A stretch of 48,195 bases of DNA, taken from contig NC_068985.1 in NCBI RefSeq assembly GCF_001194135.2, positions 80,383,890 to 80,432,084 on the forward strand, given 5' to 3'. The notes under the pieces were generated by a model, which worked only from the letters and a program-made list of their open reading frames with translations, did no database searches and was not told the origin of the DNA. The stretch comes from Octopus bimaculoides (Eukaryota). Position numbers and translations under genes: made by a program. Positions 37,324-48,195 of the stretch are shown here, piece after piece; position 1 is the stretch's first letter, and each line of letters begins with the position of its first letter.

Positions 37324-37939
37324 GGATCTATTTTAAAACGGGGGCTCCAGTTTTCATTTATGTTTTATGTAGTGTTTTTGGTACCGAAAGACTTTCAAAC
37401 TTCGTATACTTATCTATTTTGTGTTATAGAACAGAACAAAATTTTTGTATTCGAATTTATTTCATGTAAAAAATTGTCTTATTTCGATAATTTCTACTAA
37501 TCACTGACGTCTATTCAGTTGAAAACAGTTAGCGCTGTAACGGTGTATATCGTATTAATACCCTAACCCTANNNNNNNNNNTAACTCTAGAATCCGAACT
37601 CTAAAATTGTTACACACATAGATACGCACAGCGTAATTTATTATATAAACAATATATGCGTATAAATTACGATTAAACCGGATGAAATATGTCACAGGGA
37701 ATAACATTTTTATGACCGCCCAGCAGTAACTCTATTCAGCTGAATAGACGTCAGTGATTGGTTGAAATTACAGAAATACGACAACTTTAACATGGAATAA
37801 CTTGCGAATTCCTTTTTTTTGTTAAGACTAAGAGTAAAAGATGTTTTATATGACACATTCTACCAGTGTCCCAAGTTTCAAAGTGTTTCGTTAGTGTTTC
37901 GTTAAGAAAATACTGGTGCCCCCGTTTTAAAATAGATCC
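37324..37939. mobile_element. Second GGATC-ended foldback MITE with telomere-type core
   Basis: TIR GGATCTATTTTAAAACGGGGGC(T/A)CCAG at 37324-37350 and 37913-37939. Body homologous to 32456-33198 in the opposite orientation. CCCTAA core at 37561-37571. No clean TSD. Confidence 0.85.
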
Positions 37940-40096
37940 AATTGCCATTTATATCATATGAAGTGTATTTGTAGAAAATGTCATTTAAAAAAATAACCAT
38001 TTATCTTTAAGTTAGGAAACAAAGTCGAGCGGGGCATAACTGTGCAGGTATACCAAATGGCCTATATATTTTCTATCAGTATCTTTTGCTTGTCGATATT
38101 CTTCACTGAATAGCATGATCTTTCCATAATTCTGTTTTGAACTGGAGCAATAAAAACAGACTAGAATTCGCACGTGTGTGTGTGTGTGTACTTACATACG
38201 AATATTTGTTTTGTGAGTGTGCCTATGTGAGTACATTATACACAGAAATACGCTTCAGATGGTGTAGATTGCGATTATATGGGAATTTGATTTGAAAATT
38301 TTTTTTCTGTGAGTGGGAAGATGAGTTTCCGAAAATTTATGAGTTGGTTTTGTTTGCTCTGAAGTTTGTATTTTTGTAATGAAATTTTTTACAACTACTT
38401 TTCAGGGTGTGTAAATTACGATNNNNNNNNNNNNNNNNNNNNNNNNNNNNNNNNNNNNNNNNNNNNNNNNNNNNNNNNNNNNNNNNNNNNNNNNNNNNNN
38501 NNNNNNNNNNNNNNNNNNNNNNNNNNNNNNNNNNNNNNNNNNNNNNNNNNNNNNNNNNNNNNNNNNNNNNNNNNNNNNNNNNNNNNNNNNNNNNNNNNNN
38601 NNNNNNNNNNNNNNNNNNNNNNNNNNNNNNNNNNNNNNNNNNNNNNNNNNNNNNNNNNNNNNNNNNNNNNNNNNNNNNNNNNNNNNNNNNNNNNNNNNNN
38701 NNNNNNNNNNNNNNNNNNNNNNNNNNNNNNNNNNNNNNNNNNNNNNNNNNNNNNNNNNNNNNNNNNNNNNNNNNNNNNNNNNNNNNNNNNNNNNNNNNNN
38801 NNNNNNNNNNNNNNNNNNNNNNNNNNNNNNNNNNNNNNNNNNNNNNNNNNNNNNNNNNNNNNNNNNNNNNNNNNNNNNNNNNNNNNNNNNNNNNNNNNNN
38901 NNNNNNNNNNNNNNNNNNNNNNNNNNNNNNNNNNNNNNNNNNNNNNNNNNNNNNNNNNNNNNNNNNNNNNNNNNNNNNNNNNNNNNNNNNNNNNNNNNNN
39001 NNNTAAATAAGGCATGTATATTTCCTTACAAGGTATTTCTTATATTGGTCACATATTTATAGAGAAAGTGTAGTTGATTAAAATCAAGCTATTTGCAGAG
39101 CACTTGTTTTAGTACATTTTTGTAAAGACGGTAGCGTGTGGGTGGCAATCTTTCGATAGCAGCACATGAGAAGTGACAGTATTTCTTCGGCAATTTTCGT
39201 AATTTTTTTTTTCCCCAGCTGAATCGTTTATGCTTGTATATGTATGTATATTTTTGCTTGCTATTTTTAGCAGGTCGAGCGAATGCATGTTATCACTGGT
39301 TAAGGATATACTTACTTCGAATGGTGGATCCTGTAGAACCGTTGAAGCGTTTGAAACAATGCTTTGCCGTCTTTCAGTTCATTATGTTCTGAGTTCAAAT
39401 CTGAATGTGGTTAACTTTGCTTCTGATTCCGAGATTGAGTACCTGTCAAATATTGGATTCGATGTAATGGACTAGCGCCACCCCCTCGAAACTGCTGGCC
39501 TTCTACTTGAACTCTTTTATCCTTTGTTTCAGTCAGACTGCGGCCATACTGGGGCACCGCCTTGAAAATTTTTAGTCGAATCTGTATGCCTGTACATGTT
39601 CTCTTTCGCCGAACCGTCAACTAAATCCACTCGCAAGGCTTTGGTCGGCCCGAGGTTAGTGGAAGACACCTAAGGTACCACATGGTAGGACTGAACCCGG
39701 AACCATGTGGTTTGCAGCAGAGGTAAATAATACGCACACCATCCGTTTTCGGTGTAATAAGAACCCTAATCCGGGTATGCGTATGCTTTACCTTCGCCAT
39801 GGTTGGCAAGTAAACTTCTTACCACACGGTCACTTCTTGCTCTGGTTTCACTGAAAAACTAAAAAGAAACATCCACAAAAGCTGTGCTTCTTACAGGATA
39901 CAGGGGGGAGCGACTGTGAGGATTGAAAAGGGGGTGGACAAATTATCATAGTTCATAAAATTAAGATCGATTTTAATCTTGTTCGACAGCATGTAAAAAG
40001 TTTAAGTAAATTTTATATGTACTTATAGGCGCAGCTGTGTAATAAAAACTTTGCTTCCTAACTCCGCATTCAGTCATGCGGGTATGTCTTCTAGAA

Positions 40097-40366
40097 CAGG
40101 GGTTTTCAAACTGTGGTCCGCAAGGACAAGACAGGGGTCCGTGGACAGCAAATACTTTTTATGGGCAATTTGATTTTATATATGTTTTTTAATCGAAATC
40201 TTTTGACAATAAACCTATTTGTTAAATACTGTTAAATAAATAAATGTAAAAATGTTATTTTAAGCAAATATTTATGTATAAATTTCATAAGCGTTTATAA
40301 GGGGGTCCCTGAGGTAAAGCCTGAAACATAAAAGGGTCCGCAAGTCAAAAAGTTTGAAAACCCCTG
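40097..40366. mobile_element. hAT/Charlie MITE, 270 bp
   Basis: Perfect 16-bp TIR CAGGGGTTTTCAAACT. 8-bp TSD TTCTAGAA at 40089-40096 and 40367-40374, fitting the NTCTAGAN Charlie target consensus. Confidence 0.95.
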
Positions 40367-40509
40367 TTCTAGAACACCGAACCGACAAAAATCTTGTTAG
40401 CAGACTAGCCATGTGCACGCTGGGCAGTTGCCCGGCGGCCTCACTGGTCTACGGGTTCGAATTTGCCTTGTAATTATATATTTTATGCATTGTTTCATTG
40501 TATGCGTGG

Positions 40510-40690
40510 GGTACTACTAAAGCAGCGCGGACCCGAACGCGCAGTCGCGCGTCCGCGCTAGCTAGTCTTGAGTGGTCGATCCTAACCCTAACCCTATCCC
40601 NNNNNNNNNNAGGGTTAGGATCGACCACTCACGACTAGCTAGCGCGGACGCGCGACTGCGCGTTCGGGTCCGCGCTGCTTTAGTAGTACC
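40510..40690. repeat. 80-bp GC-rich inverted repeat flanking a telomere-type core
   Basis: Arms 40510-40589 and 40611-40690 are identical at 79/80 positions, start GGTAC and end in CCTAACCCT. A 10-N gap lies in the middle. Confidence 0.9.
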
Positions 40691-42890
40691 GTACAATCTT
40701 GCTGGGCAGCTGGCCAATTTTTTTAACGCTAATTTGTCATAAGCTTAAATTTTTTGCCTTGTTAATTTCTATCCTTGAATGGACACAAAGCTCATTCACA
40801 TTTATATATAACAAAATAATAAAAAAAAAAAATAAACGTAAAAATGATTCAAGCACTACAAACAAGTTGGCCGCAGGTACTTCACATACAAAACAAAAAA
40901 AAATGGTTAATGTTCACAAATACGCAAAATATTTCGTCGATGGCCGCATGAAATGCTAGTTGCTGATAAACAAAAATCCTGCACAGGACAATGTCGCCCT
41001 GGATAACAGAAAAACGAAGCTGTCAGCAGTCGAACGCCTGTTCAATCAAGACCGACTTGCGGTTAAACACACTAACACTAGGCTGTTCACACGGCTTCTA
41101 CTACACTAATGCCTTGGACCTGTCCTGCTTTCCCGCTGTATATAACATTTATACCCTAGGGTCTACTGTCAGCCGTCAACCGCAATCTCAGAAGGCCTGC
41201 GAAGGCCATTGACTAAGAAAGGTCTTACTAAGTTGTGTTAATGTACCATTCATTAAAATACATATTAACTAAAAATAACTCCTCTAAAAGTTTTTTTTTT
41301 TTAACCAGACAGCCGTTTCCTTTATCACCGAGTTGCCATAGTGATATTCTAAACTGCTTGTTGCAGTTGTCGATTGTAACTGACTTTCGAATTCACTTTA
41401 AAGTAGGAGAGAGGGCTGATAGTGAATGAAACAAGATTGATTTACAACCTAATTCTGCCCTGGTTGAGCTGGCCTCTGATCAACAAGCATTCCAGCAGTG
41501 ACATTATAAAGCTTTACTTTGTTTTCAGTGTATTAGAACAACCTTTTGCAATGTATGTATTTTTTAAGCGGTAGAAGGTGATTTGTCTGCTATTTCTAGC
41601 AGGTCGAGCGACAACGCAAAGTAGAGCCTGTCTTGGTACGTCAACTGTCGCTTATGGCTTGTAAACAGCAAGTATTATGTCAGGCTGTTATTTTTACAAT
41701 CATTTAATAAAAACAATAATACCGACTACTGAATTTTTCTATAAATTATTCATTACTAAACATGAACTGTATTTTTAAAAAACTGACTTCAGTTTACAAA
41801 CAAAATAATTTTTTAAACTTCTTGAATTCTCAATGAAGAAAAAGCGCCTAAGAATTGATGTTTATCACGAGCACTGAAATATGATATATTTCAGTTGACA
41901 AAGACCTGTCAAATTTCATCTTTACAAACGAAAATAAGGAAGCGCTTTTCACCCATCAGCAGAAAGACCTTTTGAGTTTGATAACATAAAGAGAAATAAT
42001 TCGGAGCTTCAAGTAATTTTCAAGCAAGCTTCAGAACAGAGTCAAATTTGTACATTTTAGAAGTGGGAAGGAATGTATTAAAATGCAAGAACACTTATAT
42101 ACATTAACACAAAACACTTGAGCATTCATATTATGTTATTCGCGTCATTTCCTTTGCCACAGAAGGCGTATAAATGTAAACATAAAACTAAAAGCAAAAA
42201 AAAAGAAAAAAAGCCAAGTTTTCTAGTCTTTTCTGCGTAAGTAAACCTAAGAGACAGTATTAAAATTTCGAAATGAAAATAGGATATCTATATGTTATAG
42301 GCCAGACCTGTAATAATTAAAAGTCGATTTAACGTGTGGTAGTTAAAAGTAAATAAAAACATGCATTTTAATAAAACCAAAGTTTTGATTCCATAGCCCA
42401 AAACAAGTACCAAGTTACTTTTTTTTTCTCATACTCAAAAGACTTTCTTACAAAAAACGTTTTCTTTATATAAATTGAAGTGTGGAGAAATTCAATATTG
42501 AAATTTTGTATCCTACACTTTCGTATGTGAAATAATTGTTTAGGCCTGGTAACCGAAACTTCCAGCATAAAATACTGTCAAACGGATAAAGAAAACACAA
42601 GACATTAATTGAAAATATCCAGAAAAAAAATTTATATCGTAATTTAATACAGAACAATTCTCATAAGGAATATAATAATGACAGGAAAATGTCCTTCTAA
42701 AGGGCCATTGTAAAATAAATGTTTATAACGAAGTAGCTCACCTATGTGAAATTGTCCATTTTCAGGATCAGCTTTTTTTTTTTTTTTTTTTTGTCCCCCT
42801 TATAAAAGTTCAATGATTCCAATTCTTCTAAAGTGAGATGAGAAAATTTAAAGATCAATTGTTTTAGTTTTTGTTTTTTTGTTTTGTTTT

Positions 42891-43406
42891 TTAACATTTC
42901 TGAATGGGAATAAGTCTTTCAGACGGAGCTTCAATTGCTTCTGGTGCAGGTGCTTCAATATGAAGGACCCCGTCCTTGGTGAGAATCGATGATAACTTCA
43001 GAGGGTCCACAGATTTGGGAAGAGTGTAATGCCGACTAAACTCCCTGTATACTTGTTTCTGTGGGGTTTTTTCTTCGTGCTTGGCTTGTATGTGTAAAGT
43101 GCTGTCGGTGGTCTTGACGCATATTTCATCGGGTTTAAAGTTACTAACATCGAAGCGCAACGCCAGTTTTTTGTTACCGTCGCTGTCTTTGACAATAGGG
43201 TTTTCAACTTGCAGCATATTTTTACCGAAATCTTCAATACTCAACGGTTCCAGTTTAAACAAATCTTTACGAATTCTATCTAATTCTAGATCGAATCTTT
43301 TAAATTCATCTTCCATATTCTTATGGATTTCCGAAAATAAGCTCCTTTGTCTGTCAAAGAATCCCCAAGGCATTGTGCTCAACGGAATCATTAAATCGCG
43401 AGACAT
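42891..43406 (-). CDS. Small heat-shock protein (HSP20/alpha-crystallin domain), 171 aa, intronless
   Basis: Intact ATG to TAA. ACD motifs FDVSNFKPDEICVK, AKHEEK...REFSRHYTLP and LSSILTKDGVLHIEAP, plus a C-terminal IPI motif and an N-terminal PWGFFD. Confidence 0.97.
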   Translation of the reverse strand: MSRDLMIPLSTMPWGFFDRQRSLFSEIHKNMEDEFKRFDLELDRIRKDLFKLEPLSIEDFGKNMLQVENPIVKDSDGNKKLALRFDVSNFKPDEICVKTTDSTLHIQAKHEEKTPQKQVYREFSRHYTLPKSVDPLKLSSILTKDGVLHIEAPAPEAIEAPSERLIPIQKC

Positions 43407-43497
43407 TGTTAAATGTTAGCTGTGTACAACTGCTTCTGAATTGTAAACAGTACAACGGCAGACACCGTATTTGATAGCCCAAGAGGCGAGGGCTGGC

Positions 43498-43504
43498 TTT
43501 TATA
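43498..43504 (-). promoter_or_regulatory. TATA box of the sHSP gene
   Basis: TATAAAA on the minus strand, about 32 nt upstream of an Inr-like TCAAAT near 43472 and about 92 nt upstream of the ATG. Confidence 0.85.
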
Positions 43505-43523
43505 GTTGCAGGCAAGCGTTAGT

Positions 43524-43558
43524 GGAAGGTGGGAGAAGGTAGTAGAATGTACAAGAAA
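43524..43558. promoter_or_regulatory. Proximal step-type heat-shock element
   Basis: GAA at 43525, 43535, 43545 and 43555 (exact 10-bp spacing). The last three half-units read aGAAt gTaCa aGAAa. Confidence 0.65.
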
Positions 43559-43692
43559 GAGTAAGAGTGAAAGTGTGTGCGTATCAGTATGAGTGAAAGG
43601 TCGTGTGTGTACGTGATTAGAACGGATGAATTTATGAATGTGTGAGTGTGAGTGAGAGTCTGAGTGCGAGTGTGCGCGAGATAATCCACACA

Positions 43693-43722
43693 CTTCTAGC
43701 AGGCGAAGGAAATTTCTCGACC
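43693..43722. promoter_or_regulatory. Middle heat-shock element
   Basis: In-register pentamers cTTCt aGcAg gcgaa gGAAa tTTCt cGAcc. Confidence 0.65.
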
Positions 43723-43733
43723 TCTCTATAGGC

Positions 43734-43741
43734 TGACGTCA
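43734..43741. promoter_or_regulatory. CRE/ATF site
   Basis: Perfect palindrome TGACGTCA, 12 bp from the middle HSE. Confidence 0.6.
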
Positions 43742-43842
43742 CCGCATTACTTTTATTAATCTTATATTTTGATATCGATAACTTACTTCACAACATGCTT
43801 GTAGAAATTTTTTTTCTTACAAGCTTTTGAGTTCTAAACTAT

Positions 43843-43888
43843 TTTCTAGAAAGTGTTAGAATTTTTAAAGAGCATTCGAGAATTTTCT
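43843..43888. promoter_or_regulatory. Distal heat-shock element cluster
   Basis: Perfect triple aTTCg aGAAt tTTCt at 43874-43888, plus tTTCt aGAAa and in-register GAA at 43843-43862. Confidence 0.8.
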
Positions 43889-45015
43889 GTTTTTTAAAAA
43901 AGTTAGCAATCATTTATGACATCACAAAAATTAACTCTGTCCACTTTTACTTTTTTTCTATTTATTTTATATACTGCTACTTAATAGATATCGATTATTA
44001 TTGTTGTTGTTCCAGTTCATTGATCTTTGACCACAGGCATTGCACCTTTGATCAGCCATGTACCCTGGATTACATTATCGTTCCTATCTTTATGACAGTA
44101 GGGTATGATTTAAAGATTTAATTGCTATTTCTGTCCCCAGGTCAACTTGACCGAGTTGACAGTGATCAAAGGCACTCTACCAGTAACCATCCCATCTTTT
44201 AATGGGTATTCAGAACCATTTTTATTCAATATACTCTTTCCATTTTTAAGACAGTAAGTTCGAATCTGAAGGTAGTTTGACTGCTATTTCTAACAGTCCT
44301 GACGATCATGATATGTTTACAAAAATGAAAACCTCACATTTACCGAAGATAAATGAGATTGATATTATACTAGTGCTTTAGCAGTGTTTTATTTCAATAT
44401 TATTATCTATTTCAGAGTACCTCGCTAGATTTTAACCGATGGTGTATGGGTAATCTTTCGGTTTTAGTTGACGACGTCATTCGCTTCCTTATTCAGCCTC
44501 GTCTCTTTATCTGGTGTATGTAATAGATGAAAACACCTTCCCTTTATATAAAATCTCTTCATGGTCTGAAAAAGAAAGGTATCCACCAGTCTCAAAATTT
44601 ATTTTGTCAAACAGCATTAGTAACTAACAAAAAAAAAGCTACAACCGGAGAGTGTTGCTTAGCAACAGATATTCTCAAACCTTTTTTGTAGCTCAACACC
44701 CTCTTTCAAGGAACAGCTTTTCAAAAACGCCGCCTCACCATGTTTAAAACAACAGAATATTCCAAACAAACTGTGTAATTGTTTATTACCGATGTTTTCT
44801 TATACTGTCCCCATATACAACATGAGCCTTCTTAGATATTTTAATTGTTTGTTTTTTAATGGAAATTACGATAGAGAGCGACAGCTTATACAACGAAATT
44901 GCAATGGATATTGGCACATCATCACTCACTTTTCTGCTCACTTGATGATAAATATAATGCCCTATTCATATTCTAATCGCAACATTTTTTTTTTTCTTTT
45001 ATTACTCTTTTAAAT

Positions 45016-45235
45016 GTGAGGTCGGTGAGCTGGCTGAATCGTTTGCACACCGGGCAAAATGCTTTCCGGCATTTCGTCCGCTTTACGTTCTGAGCTCAAA
45101 AATCTGCCGAGGTCGACTTTGCCTTACATTCTTTTGGAACCGATAAAATAAGTACCAGTTGAGCACTGAGTCGATGTAATCGACTTACCCCTCCCCCAAA
45201 ATTTCAGCCGTTATGCCCATAGTAAATAGGATTAT
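45016..45235 (+). mobile_element. SINE family A, full length, 10-bp TSD
   Basis: TCTTTTAAAT at 45006-45015 and 45236-45245. Confidence 0.85.
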
Positions 45236-45581
45236 TCTTTTAAATATGTCAAAATGTTATTTCTGGAGGAGGTGGGGCTCACACCACCCAGAGCCGCTCG
45301 TGATGCCCATTTGACATTTGCTGCATCTTTTTGAGCTCACAATGCCCCAACAGTAGGTTCGTCTTAGCAGTATTTTTGACCGCCTCCACCGGCAAATTCA
45401 GTGCACTAGGTCCACTGACTAGGGAACGAAATTTGCTTAGGGAGTGCAAACCTAGGTCCAAAATCTTTTTTACAAACAAGGTCTTACTGGATTTTGGGTT
45501 TTTTGTTTATTTATTTTTGTTCTTTGAGAAGAAACCTAACTTCAAACGGTAATTTTTCAGATTAACGCCCGCACGATCTTC

Positions 45582-46198
45582 ACTAGGGTTTTAGGATTAG
45601 GGTTTAGGGTTNNNNNNNNNNNNNNNNNNNNNNNNNNNNNNNNNNNNNNNNNNNNNNNNNNNNNNNNNNNNNNNNNNNNNNNNNNNNNNNNNNNNNNNNN
45701 NNNNNNNNNNNNNNNNNNNNNNNNNNNNNNNNNNNNNNNNNNNNNNNNNNNNNNNNNNNNNNNNNNNNNNNNNNNNNNNNNNNNNNNNNNNNNNNNNNNN
45801 NNNNNNNNNNNNNNNNNNNNNNNNNNNNNNNNNNNNNNNNNNNNNNNNNNNNNNNNNNNNNNNNNNNNNNNNNNNNNNNNNNNNNNNNNNNNNNNNNNNN
45901 NNNNNNNNNNNNNNNNNNNNNNNNNNNNNNNNNNNNNNNNNNNNNNNNNNNNNNNNNNNNNNNNNNNNNNNNNNNNNNNNNNNNNNNNNNNNNNNNNNNN
46001 NNNNNNNNNNNNNNNNNNNNNNNNNNNNNNNNNNNNNNNNNNNNNNNNNNNNNNNNNNNNNNNNNNNNNNNNNNNNNNNNNNNNNNNNNNNNNNNNNNNN
46101 NNNNNNNNNNNNNNNNNNNNNNNNNNNNNNNNNNNNNNNNNNNNNNNNNNNNNNNNNNNNNNNNNNNNAGGGTTTGAGTTAGGGTTAGGTTTACCCTG
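45582..46198 (+). repeat. Interstitial degenerate (TTAGGG)n tract, mostly in a gap
   Basis: TAGGGTTTTAGGATTAGGGTTTAGGGTT before the gap and GGGTTTGAGTTAGGGTTAGG after it. Confidence 0.75.
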
Positions 46199-46591
46199 TG
46201 GATCTATATAAAAACCGGGGGGGGGGATCGAAATTTTGAAATTGAGATTTTTGAAAAATTTTTTCCAGAATCGGATTCTCCATGGTCTGAAACATAGGAT
46301 TCCGTAAAAAAAAACAAAATTTAAAAGTGGGGGTATACCCAGATTACATATACTCCATCTCCACCTATTTTTGTAACAGCAAGCCACAAATACATAGAAC
46401 AGAACTGGCCACTAGACTCGTGGACCCTAAGCAACCGCGCAATGTACCTATGCCCCAAGACGTCACTGTCCCCAAGATAGCGTTGTTCCCAGGCTATGAA
46501 CCACTGCTAAATGACAGCCGTTCGTAGATCTAATCTACGACACCCAGACCTTCATTAAACCAGAAAATCCAGTATATAGTATATTGCTGGC

Positions 46592-47168
46592 GTAACTGTG
46601 TGGTAAGAAGTTTGCTTCTTAATCACATGTTTCAAGGTTCAATCCCACTGCGTGGCACCTTGTGAGTGGATTTGGTAGACCAAAGCCTTGTGAGTGGATT
46701 TGGTAGACGGAAACTTAAAGAAGCCCGTTGTATATATATGTGTGTGTGTACATGCATGCATACATACATACATATAGATTAGGGTACCGAAATATCAGCT
46801 TGCTAGAAATAGGAGTCAACACACCAAAGCCGCAAATTTCTCACTCTTTATTTGCATATTTTGCTTGTTTAAGTTAAACATGCTGACCATTTATTATTAT
46901 TGTTATTTTTAATAATGGTAATAATACTTTATTACATTTTAAATTTTATATATACGCGCGTCTTTGTGACGGTGTTTGTCCTCCACCACCGCTTGACAAC
47001 TGGTGTTGGTGTGTTTGCGTCCCCGCAACTTAGCGGTTCGGCAAAAGAGACCGATAGAATATGTATCAGACTTGAAAAAGAAAATAAGTACTGAGGTCGC
47101 TCCATTCGACTAAAATTCTTCAAGGTGATGCCCAAGCATGGCCGCAGTCTAATGACTGAAACAAGTAA
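46592..47168 (+). mobile_element. SINE family B head (46592-46740) and 3' half (46965-47168)
   Basis: Head TGTGTGGTAAGAAG...GGTTCAATCCC and tail CAAGCATGGCCGCAGTCTAATGACTGAAAC, separated by about 220 bp of unrelated sequence. Confidence 0.75.
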
Positions 47169-47609
47169 GAAAAAAAAATCGTTAATTTCATTCACAATCT
47201 TGGATTGATCCTCGGCTATGTTAAAAGACACTTGCCCAAGATAGTAAATGTGTAATTTAAACGATAAAGGGTAAATTAGTCAGGCGGTTGGACACAGGAA
47301 GTATAACTGACTGAGTGTTCTTAAAGTAAGCTTCAGTCACGACGTTCACCATGTTCGATATCATTGCTTTTTACTCGGGTTGACCCAAATCAGTGACAGA
47401 AATTGCGTAGACAGAAACTGTGTGAAGCCTTTCACGTTATGTTATGCAGGATCTGTTTGAGGGTTACTTTAAAGCAGACGTGAGCAACTTTTTATGAGAA
47501 GCCAGCTACATGAGGCATGACTCATCATCAGACGGGCCACGCTACTGAAGAACTTTAACCCTTTTGTTACCATATTGCTGTTGAAATATACTATCTTTTA
47601 TTCTTTTAC

Positions 47610-47890
47610 TTCTTTCAGTCATTTGACTGCGGCCATGCTGGAGCGCTTCCTTAAAGGGTTTTAGTCGAAGAAATTGCCTTATCCTTCATGAGCCTAGCAC
47701 TTAATTTATCGGTTCTCTTTTGCCGAACCGCTAGACTACGGGGACGTAAACACGCCAACATCGGTTGTCGAGTTATGGTGGAGGACAAACACAGACACCG
47801 AGACGCGCGCGACGGTTTGCTTTCAGTCTTCGTCAATCAAATCCTCTCACAAAGCTTTAATCAGCTCGGGGCTACATAGAAAACACTTGC
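47610..47890 (-). mobile_element. SINE family B, 5'-truncated
   Basis: Reverse-complement tail CAGTCATTTGACTGCGGCCATGCTGGAGC and body up to ACTTGCC. Confidence 0.8.
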
Positions 47891-48195
47891 CGAAGTTGTC
47901 ATATATATATATTCCCACTTTTTCTTTACTTTTTTGTGTTAGACGCTGGCAAACAAAATGTATCTCTCCTTCACCCTCCCTCTCACAAACATACGATTTC
48001 TCTCTCTCTCTCCTTCAGGCGCAAACTTCGAAATTGGTAAAAGTTATGGTTGAAAATCGATTTTTACAGCTATACGCGGGTGCCTCTGAGAGAAAAAGTT
48101 GACGCAAATGCAAATAGGGTCATGACGAATCTCCTCCTAAAATTGGAGCGACATGCGTGCTAATTTGTGGACGTGCATAAACTACATTCACGCAC

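Noticed and set aside
40890-41110. Frame with KYF..DG..KC and SAVERLF, hinting at hAT BED and dimerisation motifs
   Set aside because: The two motifs are far too close for a transposase and lack supporting residues.
42773-43406. sHSP as a processed retrocopy (A20 tract about 100 nt after the stop)
   Set aside because: There is no AATAAA before the tract, no TSD and an intact ORF with a full HSE promoter. Intronless sHSP genes are common.
679-46387. Long ORFs containing X runs or dipeptide repeats
   Set aside because: They are open only because they cross N gaps or microsatellites; there is no recognisable protein content.
47490-47535. CUGAUGA followed by a UGAG/CUCA stem on the minus strand
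   Set aside because: There is no GAAA after the stem, so it is not a hammerhead. Other CUGANGA hits I checked failed the same way.

Overview
This is AT-rich animal genomic DNA, most likely octopus or another cephalopod; that assignment is inferred from the SINE types, microsatellite load and TTAGGG-type repeats. It comes from a gapped short-read assembly, so most long ORFs in the track are N-gap or microsatellite artefacts. The supported host genes are one intact intronless small heat-shock (alpha-crystallin) gene at 42891-43406 (-) and three identical tRNA-Gly(GCC) genes. The sHSP promoter is clearly readable: TATA box, three HSE clusters and a CRE. The rest is a nest of mobile DNA: two decayed full-length mariners, a hAT pseudogene, two Charlie-type MITEs, a Gypsy-like solo LTR, a Tx1/L1 LINE, CR1, RTE, R4/Dong and Penelope fragments, and many SINE copies. 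The most unusual signals are: (1) GG-ended foldback elements built around telomere-type (TTAGGG)n cores, one with a perfect 8-bp TSD, and with different TIR sequences on the same body; (2) two complete minimal hammerhead ribozyme motifs near Penelope remnants; (3) a SINE/CR1 pair sharing a 3' tail whose hairpin is kept by compensatory changes; (4) an R4/Dong-like insertion inside a (TAA)n target. All calls were made by eye, with no database searches.
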